Shown: positions 1 to 12,258 of the stretch, piece by piece | How the letters are laid out: each line of letters begins with the position of its first letter | Numbering within the stretch: position 1 is the stretch's first letter | Source: Octopus bimaculoides | Lineage: Eukaryota | DNA: 64,000 nucleotides | NCBI RefSeq assembly: GCF_001194135.2 | Contig: NC_068982.1 | Coordinates: 4,267,682 to 4,331,681, forward strand | Reading direction: 5' to 3' | Notes under the pieces: model-generated | The model's input: only the letters and a program-made list of their open reading frames with translations | What the model was told of the DNA's origin: nothing | The model's database searches: none | Position numbers and translations under genes: made by a program

Positions 1-759
1 GAGTCAACTGCAGAAAACAAAGAAAGATTCCAAAATGGTTAAATATTCTTCTCATCAGTGAGACTGTACAAACTTTATTATAGAAGTATAAACTTTTTAG
101 TACACGTTAATAGATATCAATATCTTCCATGAAGAATAATTATTTGGTACATCAAACGGAGATCAAAGAAATGGATGCTTGTTAGTTTTTACAACGCTCT
201 ATTTTTCTTCCAGAAACGGTATCTTTTTCATCGAATATGAGACATTACAGTGCAAATGTCTGTATATATTGGTGAAATAAACTTTGTAATATTTAAAGTT
301 ACTTTTATCTTAATTCATAAATAATTCACATCTAGGTAAAAAAGTAATAAATTAATAGATATTTGAAGAAAGTTATGTTAAAAATAGTTCTTGTGATTAA
401 ATACTTTATGTGACGCATCTAATCGGTTTAAATGTAAATAAAATTTTTATATTGCTTCAAGCAAAAAATGTAGCTATCATTAGCTTTCGCGTTTATAAAG
501 TTTGAAGTTGTCACCTATGTCCTTATTTGGAATTTTTTTGTAATCTTTATTAAATATACTTCGAGTAATGTATGAATACTTGAGGCGAAATAATAATTTC
601 CAATTGAATCTAATGGCAAATTAGTTTAAATCGGTGTCAGCTTTTCCCAGTTTCTGACGATTTGAGTTCTTTTGAATTTTCCTTAATTTCTGATGACTAA
701 TTATTTTTGGTATTTCTTATGACTAATTAGATCTAGTATTGAGTGGAGCATGCGTCCAC

Positions 760-1000
760 ACAAGTTATATATATGTCTGTCGTTTGTCCTCTTCATTTCT
801 GAAAAGTTCTTGTTCAAACAGTTTTGCAGCACTCAGGTTTCTTAGATGCTAATTTTCACGTCTGCTGCTTGTTCTTCGCTTTTTGTCGGAAACATATTGG
901 TTTTCTGCATGCTTTGAATTGCTCTTTGTTATGGTTTCGAACACAGCTACATATTCTTTTGTCGTTGTAGAGTTCTCTATAACAGAACCGATAGGAAACC
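760..1000 (-). pseudogene. Possible decayed DNA-transposase C-terminus (piggyBac-like Cys-rich tail)
   Basis: Minus-strand frame reads KRICSCVRNHNKEQFKACRKPICFRQKA, loosely like the Cys-rich end of piggyBac transposases; no TIR or catalytic motif confirmed. Confidence 0.2.
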
Positions 1001-2084
1001 TGATATTACCCAGATGACACCTTCATTGTCTCAGATCTAAATCTGAGCCAATGTTTCATGACGGTGTTGCTTGTACATATATATAAAAAAAAGTTTGATG
1101 ACTTCAAAGCTGTTGGCTTGAGGTTTCTCAAGGACTGTTAAGTTGATGACATCGTCCTCTCATTTGATTGTGACAACGATGATGATCATTACTTGACGTT
1201 TCTGCTCGTGGAAACGCTCAAGATGTACCTACAGAAAAGTCCATGGTTCGTGCCTGAATAGTAAAACTAAAATAACGACAGTTTGATACATCCATCCAAG
1301 ACGGTGTTTTTGCTTTTAAAATATTCCAAAAGCAACATGGCTAACATGGAACCTGTTTCTGCATTCTTCTCGGAGATGAATTGCATGGAGAATAGACTTC
1401 CGAGACAGAGGAAACGACCTACCTACTTTTGAGGAGTAATCTGAAAAGACTGCCCCTGATAATATTGTGCAAGCACTTTGCTTTTCTGGACGTTGGTTCA
1501 TAGATTAAGGCTCTCATAAACGTCACTGAAATCGTTAACCAGTTATTGCGTCATGGATGAGCGGGCGAAACATTATCACCAGTACACTACAGTTCAGTGA
1601 TTCGGCTGATGTCGATCAGTGCTTTTTTTAATAAAAATTTGAACAAGTAGAAAAGTTCTTCGTCAGAGCGACACCTGATCCGACATGTTGAGTTCTTTGT
1701 TTGTGACAGCACGTGAACATGGCCGCCAGGTGCCAAGAGAAAAATGCTGGAGTACATAACCTCATTTCACTTTCTTTGGGAATTGGAAACTCATCAGAGA
1801 CGGTGCTTTGATGAAACCTCTGTCAAATCTTGCTTTCGTGGAGGATCATTACAAATCAGTCAAGACAGCCAAAGTATTCTAGAACTTTCTCCATTCCGGA
1901 TCACAATTCGGCTTTAAAGGAATTTTTTAGTTCTTAGAACACAAGTTATAAAGGTTTTCGCTGTTCTCTTTTCCTGTAGCTGCCATACACAGAATATTTT
2001 AGAAGCAGAACGCTATTTGGAAAATACGATTCCGGAATGTCAACACTTTGAATTGCGGTTTCGTTACCTCATATCTATTATAGA

Positions 2085-2380
2085 TATCTTTTATCTCTTA
2101 CGTGTTTCAGTCAATAGTCTGCAACCATGCTGGGGCACCCCATTGAAGTATGTTTAGTCGAACGAAGTTACGGGGGTGTAAATAAAGCAACCCTGGTTAT
2201 CAAGCGGTGTTAGGGGGCAAACAGACATAAAAACACATACACACACACATATTCATATACGACAGGCTTCTTTTAGTTTTCGTCTACCAAATCCACTCAC
2301 ATAGCTTTACTCAGCTCGAGGATCATAAAAGACACTTGCCCAAAGTGCCACGCGGTGGATCTGAACCCAGACCCATGCGA
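2085..2380 (-). mobile_element. tRNA-derived SINE family B, decayed and internally deleted
   Basis: Shares blocks (ccatgctggggcacc, ctaccaaatccactcac, cacttgcccaa) with the copies at 13061 and 56735. Confidence 0.8.
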
Positions 2381-2618
2381 TATTAATTGGAAGGGTTAAT
2401 CACTAAAAACGTCAACTACAAACTTCATTGACAAAATGCCACGGAAAGTATTTTCTTGAAGAACGTACGTATTTTGAAATATGAAAACTGAAAGTAGTTC
2501 TTTGAGGATTCTGTGGAGAGAATGAATTCCTTTATACAACGTTGATGTCAGTTTCTTCTAGAAAGACTATAGAGCAGCGGTTTGCCGTCACCCGTCACCG
2601 GCAGTGAAACGGTAAATT

Positions 2619-2832
2619 CTTTTCTACTCTAGGAACAAGGCCTGAAATCCTTGGGGAGGGGGCCAGTCGATTAGATCGACCCCAGCACGCAACTGGTACG
2701 TAATATATCGACCCCGAAAGGATGAAAGACAAAGTCGACCTCGGCAGAATTTAAACTCAGAACTTTGAGAAAGACAAAATACCGCTAAGCATTTCGCCCG
2801 GCGTGCTAACGTTTCTGCCAGCTCGCCGCCTT
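2619..2832 (-). mobile_element. tRNA-derived SINE family A (Meta-domain-like), full length
   Basis: Minus strand has a head ggcggcgagctggcagaaacgttagc, a B-box-like gagtttaaattc and the core ctttcatcctttcggggtcgata; 15-bp TSD gtgaaacggtaaatt at 2604-2618 and 2833-2847. Confidence 0.92.
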
Positions 2833-3080
2833 GTGAAACGGTAAATTGAGCGAGAAACATATAATTTAATAACTGAAATGAGATACTAACCAACTTCTTA
2901 GTGAATTGTTCGATAATCTATCGAGCCGACCAGCTGAGTTCCTTAATACAGACTAGAGCAAATAATTACAATGGAGAAAATGCTGTCTCGAAGTTATATG
3001 TACACACTACAGATTTACAATATATTTTGTAACATAAATATAATGCCAAATATGCTAAACAAAGAAATGTTTAGGTCAAA

Positions 3081-3488
3081 TATAGAAAAATTATTATTTC
3101 TAAATCTCTGAACGAGAAATATACAGTAGCAGTACTCTAGAGTAAAGATATTTGCTAACATAATGTGGCAGTCTTGATTAGGATGAATGTTACTGTTATT
3201 TAGCCCCAGGAAGCATAGTCTCCAGTTGGCTATCGACACACTATCTGCGTCCTTATCTATCCAGACCTTATCGCCATCTCTAGCCGAGCAGTTATTCTGT
3301 ACTGATGAAGGTAAATAATCCAGAAACCATTGGTGTATAGATATTGCTCTGAGCTGAGTGGAGACACTAGACTCCCATGATCGAAAATATAAGTACTCAA
3401 ATAGTGTGTCGATAGCCAGCTGGAGACGATGTTTCCTGGGATAACATTCATCCTAACCAGGACTGCCACATTATATTGGCAAATAATC
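3081..3488 (+). mobile_element. Fold-back copy of the ~340-nt HHR-bearing repeat (retrozyme-like / non-autonomous Penelope-like)
   Basis: Inverted arms 3081-3245 vs 3401-3488; TSD tttaggtcaaa at 3070-3080 and 3489-3499; homologous to 14730-15235 and 49511-49930. Confidence 0.8.
3296..3341 (+). ncRNA. Type I hammerhead ribozyme-like motif (cleavage triplet GUG, probably inactive)
   Basis: TCTGTA CTGATGA AGGTAAATAATCCA GAA ACCATTGGT G TATAGA: 6-bp stem I, core boxes, near-palindromic stem III. Confidence 0.7.
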
Positions 3489-4042
3489 TTTAGGTCAAAC
3501 AAGTTTAGGTAAAAGAGACTGTATATAGAATCAGTATGTAATGTCTAATCGAATGTCTGCTTGAGTGACATTACGTTCAATATGGCTTAAATCTCGAGTC
3601 ATAACTCTTTCAACGAATTTTATATAAATAATAACGGTACGACTAACGATAATTGTGGAAAATACCACTTAGCTTTTAAGTCATTTAGTTCAAGATATTT
3701 AAGATAATTAGACACATCATGAAATATATTTAGGACAAACACGCAAGTTACGAACCAAAAAGAGACAGGTAGAAAGTAAAGACTTAGAATCGCAAGATCA
3801 CAATTTGGAATCCTTTGGAATAATTTTATCTTGTCAATATATATCAATTTTATTGGTTTATACAATTTTTAGTACTTACCATAAATTTGTCATAAGTATT
3901 GTATTTCAAATTAGAGAGTTTCTTTAAGTTACGAGAATCACTGTCGCTGAATACACTTTGATTACCATTGTCATTTACATGTAAATCATTCATTTTCTGA
4001 AACGATTCAAAGCGTTCAACACCTAAATGTGTTTATACATTC

Positions 4043-4245
4043 TTTTCTACACTAGGCACAAGGCCCGAAATTTTTGGGGAGGGGGCCAGTCGATTAGATC
4101 AACCCTAGTAGGCAACTGGTACTTAATTTATCGACTCTGAAAGGATGAAAGGCAAAGTCGACCTCGACAGAATTTGAACTCAGAACATAAAGACAGACAA
4201 AATACCGCTAAGCAAAATTTCGGGCCTTGTACCTAGAGTAGAAAA
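4043..4245 (-). mobile_element. SINE family A, 5'-truncated, with inverted duplication of its tail
   Basis: 4043-4213 matches family A; 4214-4245 is the reverse complement of 4043-4074. Confidence 0.88.
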
Positions 4246-6606
4246 AAAATATCTGTTTCAACACACGATTTTATATCAGGAAATTTGCACAACACATTCA
4301 TAAACGTATATGGTCTTCATTTAGTCAGACTGAATTATGATGATCCAGTTTATTAATTATCAAGAGGCATAAGAAAACAGCTGCAGTAAGAAATATATGT
4401 CAAAAGGATAATTAATGATGAATTTCAGTTCCACCTGATATTAGTAATAAGTAATCTGAGGCTGAAGTAAAGAAACAATCTATGAAATATTTTAGCAATA
4501 TATATCTGCAACGAATATTATATTTAAAGTCATGTAATATAAATTATGTGTTAATGAAATATTAACTACTATGCAGGTAGCGGACACAATATCGAATGCT
4601 AACTGGCGACAACGAATCTACTCTGGCTGTTTCAAGTTTAGTACCATATATAGAAAAGTTGCATAAAACAATGTGAATGTATCTCTCGGGTTAGAAGTAA
4701 CAGAGACACGAGGCTTCACATTTGAGAAAGGGAGCGGTAGACTTCAATTATATGGACCCTAATATTTGACTGTTGGCTCGTTTTTTGTCGATTGCAGAAG
4801 GATGAAAGCAAACCTGACGTTGGAAGGATTTGAACGCAAGCTGGACAAATAGCACAAAGTATTTTGCCCCATACCATAAATATTCCACAAATTCAAATAA
4901 CAACAATGAAGAAGAAGATGATGATCCTTTCTTTGCTGGCAGTAAGGATCCTTGCATACAAAATATGTTATTTCAAAAGAATAAGGCCATCCACAAAGGT
5001 GTGTGAAACCAGACACAGTTTCGTTTAACTGCGAAGCATCCCACATCCTGTGGAGAGTGACTCACCAGCTACTTACAGACTCATATGATTTCTACGAATT
5101 ATTGTATTTCATTTTTGAGTTTGAAATAATAATTCCCATCGTTATTTTAATTAAAATTCTCTTTCTTCTCATTCAGAGCATTTAGTAATTCCGCCAGATT
5201 CTCATTGCTAATTCGCATAATCATAATTTTCAGCTTCTCTGAGGGGAGGTTATTTTCCTGGGAGATTCCCAACTTTTGTGTTTGCCTTTAGCCTGGGTTC
5301 ATTCATATTTTTGTCCCTTCTTTCTCTTATTGATACCGCTGACGTTTTTCTACTTACCGTCTTCATCTCCTCTCCGCATATGATGAGATGGGAATACAGC
5401 TCAGTGTCTCCGGTCGGTCCTCTGCTGGGGAGGAAAACATCCTTGCCGATTTCATTATCCAAACTTGTCGGTACCTAGTGTAAGTAATCCTAAAAAAGAG
5501 GCGATTTCATTTGTCTTTGATCCCGTTCTTCCAATCGTCGGGGGTTGGACCGGTCATGCTCTGAAAACAGCGACAGCAGCCGTCTTTACATCAAAGGCCT
5601 CATAGTATCTCTTCTCTTTAATGCGCTCGTGCGCTTCTTCTAGACAGAAAGTCATCAAATAGACATTTCTTTCCATACGTGTTGCTACTGGACCTCGGCT
5701 CTGTACCACCTCTCTGTTTGGTTCCCACTCCGATACCTCTGCGGCGTACAATTCCAAGGCAGCACTGAGGTCTTCCAGTACCATCAGGATTTTGATATCC
5801 ACAAAAGAAGCCATCACAGCACACGTTGCTGCGAGTTACTCCACAGATACCATCTGCCCTACATATGTCGCAAAGGCGATGACAAACCAAACGCCAATGT
5901 CACTATAAATATCTTTGATCCTGACATTTTAAGATTAATTTTCCTCTGAGCTAATGCACTGGACTGGCTTTGCTTGTCTGTCCTTCTCCTCGGTCTTAAA
6001 TCCACACACACTCTTACATGTGCTTTGTTCTAGTCGAAGGAGTATATCTCCAGTCGCATGCCGGCCAAGTCTTCCTCCAACTCCATATTCGAGTCATGCA
6101 GAAATTCTCCTTCTTATTCGCAACCTATTTTTATGTTAAGAAATAATAGAATTATCGGTTTTCTGGGTTAAAGCTACGTCAGTATGGTAAATGATATCGA
6201 AAGCGTGGCAAAATAAAATAAATGAATAAAATAAAAACAGAAACGACGAACAAAGCACAAGATTAAAGTAAATGCGCTGTGTATGAGAAAGGAAAAGATA
6301 AGACAGTGTCCCAGTCATTTGTCATTCTTCACGTTAGAAGAGAGAAGAGAAAGAACAGATGGAAAGTAAAAACAATGTTGGGTTACAGACTTGAATGACA
6401 GGATGTCGTGCAGCGAGGATTTCGGATTTCGATGAGAGAAGAGTTAGAAATGGTATTTTGGAAATACGAGTGGCCAGCGTGGGAGGACATAGTCAAAGGA
6501 ACTGAAGTATGTTTGAAATATGTTTATTTGATAAGCGTGGTTGGTGGCATGAAACGAAACATGTGTACAGTGTGCTTGTGCATGTGTGAGTGCATGATTA
6601 GAGTGT

Positions 6607-6897
6607 GCGAAGCGGTTTAGTGATTAAGATGTTCGGCTCACGATCGTATGGTTGTGTGTTCGATTCCTAGTATCACGTTGTACCCTTGAGCAAGACACTT
6701 TATTTCACGTTGCTTCATTTTGCTCAGCTGGCAAAAGTGAGTTTTTACCTGATTCATAGTGTCACGCTGAATCTCACCGAGAACCACGTTAAGGGTACTC
6801 ATGTTTGTGGAGTACTCAGCCAGTTGCACGTTAATTTCATGAGCATGTTGATCGAGTCAACTGGAATCCTCGTCTTTGTAACCGACGGGGTGTCGTT
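6607..6897 (+). mobile_element. tRNA-derived SINE family C (CORE/V-like ccttgagcaagacacttt block)
   Basis: A-box-like ggtttagtgattaag, B-box gtgttcgattcc, then ccttgagcaagacactttatttcacgttgc shared with 11679 and 53750. Confidence 0.8.
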
Positions 6898-7033
6898 TTT
6901 TTAATGATTGCAACTAAACCACAGTTCTTTCATTCCCCACAACACCCACCCTGTATACTTTGCTCGCTTCTGCGCCCGCTCCTCTTGCAAAACCTGTCTC
7001 TTTATCTTACACCATCACTAACTTAGATCCACG

Positions 7034-7320
7034 TTGTGAGTGGATTTGGTAGACGGAAACTGTAAGAAGCCCGTTGTGTAGGTATTATATATGTGTGTGT
7101 GTATGTATGTGTGTGCCTTTTTGTCTGAGTTTGTTCCTCACCATCGCTTAATAACCGTTTTTTTTTATTTACGTCCCCGTAACTTAGTGGCTCGGTAAAA
7201 GGCACCGATGAAATAAGTACCATGGTAAAAAAAAAAAAACCGCTTTGGTTGATTCGTTCAACTAAAATCCTTCATCATGGCTGCAATCTAAATAAATGAA
7301 ACACGTAAAAGATAAAAGAT
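7034..7320 (+). mobile_element. SINE family B, 3' part
   Basis: tgtgagtggatttggtagacggaaactg, internal TG repeat, tttacgtccccgtaacttag, and taaaaga tail. Confidence 0.8.
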
Positions 7321-7820
7321 AGGAAAGATGTCATTAAACGAAGAAGATATGAACGCACACGCCTGGACACATAAACGCTACCACACACACTCACGGAGAC
7401 ACGCATGCACACACACACACATCTACATTCCATTGATTGTACAATCTTGTATTGATAGATAAGTCTCGAGCTTGTATTTTCCTTTTATGTGAAATTCAGT
7501 TGAATACAAACCTAATCAGTGATCAGTTGGTGCAGGGTGACTTGTCAATCTCAGATAACAATAGTTGAAAGAAAAACAATGGTTAAGATATATTAATCAT
7601 TTAAAGTTTATCTGTAGTAAATAAATAATCCACAGAATGAAGACTTTGTGACAAAGAAAATATTCATGGAAACAAATAATCTGATGACGTTTATCCTGTA
7701 TAATTCATAGACATGTATCAAAATTTTCCGTTAGTTTAATCTTATATAGAAATATAAAGGATAGCAAACAATGAACATGTAACTCAAAGTTATCAGTCAA
7801 TAGGCGCAGTCGTTGCTACA

Positions 7821-7908
7821 GGCGCAGGCGTGGCTGTGTGGTAAGAAGTTTGCTTCCCGACCACATGGTCGCGGGTTCAGTCTGTCATAGCCTCAGGCCG
7901 ACCAAAGC
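7821..7908 (+). mobile_element. SINE family B head, truncated
   Basis: ggcgcaggcgtggctgtgtggtaagaagtttgcttccc...gggttcagtc, as at 25532. Confidence 0.85.
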
Positions 7909-8689
7909 TAAAACACGTGAACAAAATACTGACTTGTACATGGTCTTTATCGAATTGACCAAGGCCTCTGACACAGTGAATCGTAAGGCGTTCTGGAAAA
8001 TTTTGTTAGAGGTCGATCTTCCTGATAAAATGATAAGGGTAATGGTATCTTTACACGAAAGAATGATGGCAACAATGATATCTAACGGTCAATGTTCAGA
8101 GGCATTTTCTATTTCCACCAGAACTAAACAGGGCTGTGTTTTAGCTCCTGCACTTTTCGCCATACTCTTTTCGATGCTGCTTCAACATACTTTTAAGGAT
8201 TACCACGGTGTAAAACTTCAGTTATGCAACAGAAAAAAGTCAGCTAAACCTAAATGAGCAAAGCCTCACTTCAATGAAAAAAACCCGGAAAGTGATTCTA
8301 TGCGATTTTCTGTTCATGATAATTGCGCTTTGATTTGTCATCCATTTAAAGAAATTCAGGAAACAGGTGACAGGTTTAATACCACAGCTCGTGCATCTGG
8401 GTGAGTAGCAGCATTAAAAAGACTGAAGTTTTATTCCAACCAAAGCACGGGACAAAGCATACTCAGGATATAAATATGATGATTGACAATAAGCCACTCA
8501 AATGGGTTAAGTCACTTAAATATTTTGGAAGTACAGTAACTTTAAGAGTACTTTTGATGAAATCAATTTTAGAAAATCAAAGACTACAAATGCTTTTGGA
8601 AAACTTTCTCATTGTTTTGTGAGATGAACACGTTGTCAGTTTGAAAACTAATATAATTCTACACAAAACTTGTACTTTGAGCACAGTTT

Positions 8690-8693
<4 letters not shown>
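7909..8693 (+). pseudogene. RTE-clade LINE reverse transcriptase fragment
   Basis: REQNTDLYMVFIELTKASDTVNR...TKQGCVLAPALF; later KTEVLFQP...LKYFGS and SLKTNIILHKTCTLSTVLY; frameshifts and stops. Confidence 0.9.
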
Positions 8694-8733
<40 letters not shown>

Positions 8734-8734
8734 T

Positions 8735-8853
8735 AGTCAAAATAAGCAACAAGGATATCCAAATTCAATGCAGTACGATCGTTTCATGCGACTCCATCGC
8801 ATGAAACGATCGTACTGCATTAACTTTGAATATCTTTGTTGCTTATTTTGACT
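8735..8853. repeat. Long inverted repeat (57-bp arms, 5-nt loop)
   Basis: Arms 8735-8791 and 8797-8853 are reverse complements with 4 mismatches; inner ~25 bp are perfect. Confidence 0.95.
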
Positions 8854-9552
8854 TTAATAACCTTATTTTGAAACTGTATGGATAATATCACACTTAATTC
8901 TGGTGCCTAAACTTAAGTACCATATTCACCTTGAATCTAAATCTTTATATATATATATATACGCACACTTACATTAGACAATGGTGTTAACATATTTAAG
9001 AGAGTGAGTATTAGAAAGCTAACTGGAAATACTATGCACTGATGAAAAATAACAGACAGTTTATAGTCACTGATTAATATTAGATTTTACAAATTTGCCT
9101 TTATGACGATGCAACAGATATGATTCCCATCTGCACATTGAGCTCTACGAAAAGCGTTTGGACACCAGAATACAATTAGATAGAATTTAAAATTCCAATT
9201 TATACTTTTTCTCACCTAGTTGATAGGTAAGGTATTGGACAAAAATAATTTGCTTTTCAAATTGTAAAGATTTGCATAGATAATTGCCTGGAAGTAAGCA
9301 TTTGGTTTTGGTAGCTCACTTGGCATAATAAAATGATCTTACTGGCTTCTGGCTTAACAATGTCGTCTCTTTTGCAATTTTGTTAATATATGTATGTACA
9401 CACACACACACGCACGCACACACAGACACAGACACACACAAATTGTATATATACATATATACAATTAGCACACATAAAAATTGTATATATACATACTATG
9501 TCCGAGTAGTTAGTTTTCGTGAAGCTTTAAAGTAACTGTCATCTTTTAAATG

Positions 9553-9555
9553 ACA

Positions 9556-9620
<65 letters not shown>
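9553..9620. repeat. (CA)n microsatellite
   Basis: Direct reading. Confidence 0.98.
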
Positions 9621-9626
<6 letters not shown>

Positions 9627-10514
9627 GCACGCACGCCCCCCCCACTCGCACATACACACCCAAACTTACACGTATCCATTTATACAGACTGTCATTATGT
9701 ATTTTTGTGTACTTGTATGTTAGCAAGTATCTCTATAAGCACGTCTATTATTATATTTTTGTTTCTTCTTTTAAATGCCAAATGCATTAACAGATAATAA
9801 ATTCTTGAATTTTAGAAACATTTCTGAACTGCAGAATTTGCTTACCAAATGTTTCCATGATAATTGCAAAAGAAATAAACAACAAATAGAGAAGATAACA
9901 ATAAAAAAAAGACAATAATAATAAGACCAACACTAGCAGAAGACATTTACGACAATGGCACCACATCTCCATAGTAACGGGAGATAACGACGATGTTAAT
10001 GATGATAATGATGCGTTAGCTGACTGGACAATTGAAAATGAAATATCACTTGAATGGACGGACGCAATGCAGCACTGGCGTCAAATACGCCAAGTGTGTC
10101 TTGGACCTGTTCGGCATTATAAAAACATAATTAAAGAGTGGTGTACTGAATGATAAAAGGACGACATTCTAAATAGACTGGAATTCCGTCAATGCAAGCA
10201 GGACAAAATCTTGGGTAGTTTTTTAAGGGCTGTCAAAGATAAGGGGAAATAATTTCAAGGATTGTCAAAGTGAAGGGGACAAAATTTCAAAGAAGTTTTG
10301 CTTAAAATTGGTTTACATGTCTTGAAGAAAATCTTGTTTGTGATATTAATGAGAACAAGTTTGGCTATGTTTCCACCTTACTGGACATCAACAGCATAGC
10401 ACGTATCATACATACATACATACATACATATGTATGTGTGTGTGTGTGTATGCATGTATTATATATGCACGTATGCAAACACACATATACATATAAGTAT
10501 AAGCGTGTGAGTAT

Positions 10515-10700
10515 ATTTAGGAGATCTGATCAAAAGGTTACGGACTGGTGCCTTGGAAATAAAACCACAAGAGTTATCTACTCGGTATTTAAACTCCTTC
10601 GAAGTAGTCCCCCTTCTGTAGCAACACATTTTATCCAGCCTCGTCTCATTTGATGGAAGCATTCTTGGGACTACAAGCAGCTGCCTCGTCACATTCTCAA
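10515..10700 (-). mobile_element. Mariner-type terminal fragment
   Basis: gatctgatcaaaaggttacggactgg resembles a mariner TIR, followed by ttcgaagtagtcccct typical of mariner 3' ends read in reverse. Confidence 0.45.
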
Positions 10701-11281
10701 ACATATATATATGTACATATATATCCATATATATATATATATATATATATANNNNNNNNNNNNNNNNNNNNNNNNNNNNNNNNNNNNNNNNNNNNNNNNN
10801 NNNNNNNNNNNNNNNNNNNNNNNNNNNNNNNNNNNNNNNNNNNNNNNNNNNNNNNNNNNNNNNNNNNNNNNNNNNNNNNNNNNNNNNNNNNNNNNNNNNN
10901 NNNNNNNNNNNNNNNNNNNNNNNNNNNNNNNNNNNNNNNNNNNNNNNNNNNNNNNNNNNNNNNNNNNNNNNNNNNNNNNNNNNNNNNNNNNNNNNNNNNN
11001 NNNNNNNNNNNNNAATTTATAAAAAATTAAAATTAAATTGAGCTTTATAGATAATAATATATATAAAAATATATAGTTTTAGGGAAAAGAAATTACTTTA
11101 ACCTACATGGATTTACGCAGGATTGCACCTAAATAGACTTACTTCTACACGATCGGAAAGTTGAACTGTTAACTTTTATGCTTCTTTTTTCTTCTCTTTC
11201 TTCATCTCCTTATTCCTTCCTTTAATCCTGTCCTCTATGTCATCATTTCTTTAATCTATACCCTTCTCATTTTCCCTATTT

Positions 11282-11337
11282 GTCTCTGATGACGGAACAT
11301 CCCATACTCTGGGATATCCCAGAAACAGCTGAAAGAC
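11282..11337 (+). ncRNA. Type I HHR-like motif, family 2 (U16.1 mutated to A)
   Basis: GTCT CTGATGA C-long stem II-A GAA ACAGCTGA A AGAC; the sister copy at 50088 has ACAGCTGT. Confidence 0.65.
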
Positions 11338-11413
11338 TGAAAATTGTTCCCAGTAATAATAATGACTTGAGATGTTTGCCTTGCCTTAATGTTTGTTGTC
11401 TACTTTAACAATT

Positions 11414-11620
<207 letters not shown>

Positions 11621-11678
11621 ATGTATATGTACATGTCGGTGTATGTCCGCGTGTGTAGAGACAGGAACAATTATTAAC

Positions 11679-11925
11679 TTGAGCAATACCCTTCATTTCA
11701 CGTTGCTCTAGTTCACTCAGCTGTAGAAATTAGTTGCGACGTCACAGGTGCCAAGCTATATCAGCCTTTGCCTTTCTCTTGGATAACACTGGTGGCGTGG
11801 AGAGGGGAGGCTGGTATGCATGAGCGACTGCTGGTCTTCTACAAACAACCTTATCGGATTTGTGCCTCGGAGGGTAACTTTATAGGTGCTATATCCCATG
11901 GTCAGTCATGACCGAAGGGGGTCTC
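11679..11925 (+). mobile_element. SINE family C-related element, 5'-truncated
   Basis: ttgagcaatacccttcatttcacgttgctctagttcactcagctg matches the family C core; different 3' body. Confidence 0.7.
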
Positions 11926-11927
11926 AG

Positions 11928-11967
<40 letters not shown>

Positions 11968-12125
11968 NNNNNNNNNNNNNNNNNNNNNNNNNNNNNNNNN
12001 NNNNNNNNNNNNNNNNNNNNNNNNNNNNNNNNNNNNNNNNNNNNNNNNNNNNNNNNNNNNNNNNNNNNNNNNNNNNNNNNNNNNNNNNNNNATATATATA
12101 TATATATATATATATATATACTACA

Positions 12126-12258
12126 TATATATATACGACGGGCTTGTTTCGGTTTCCGTCTATGAAATCTATTCACAAGGTTTTGGTCGGCCCGAAGTTG
12201 TCACGTAGAGTCAGACTGAACTCGGAACCAAGTGATCGGGAAGCGAATAGCCACGTGC
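12126..12258 (-). mobile_element. SINE family B fragment
   Basis: acgacgggctt...cacaaggttttggtcggcccga...gactgaactcggaacc. Confidence 0.7.

Noticed and set aside
1765-1800. Minus-strand CTGATGA...GAAA
   Set aside because: No convincing stem II closure, stem III or stem I partner
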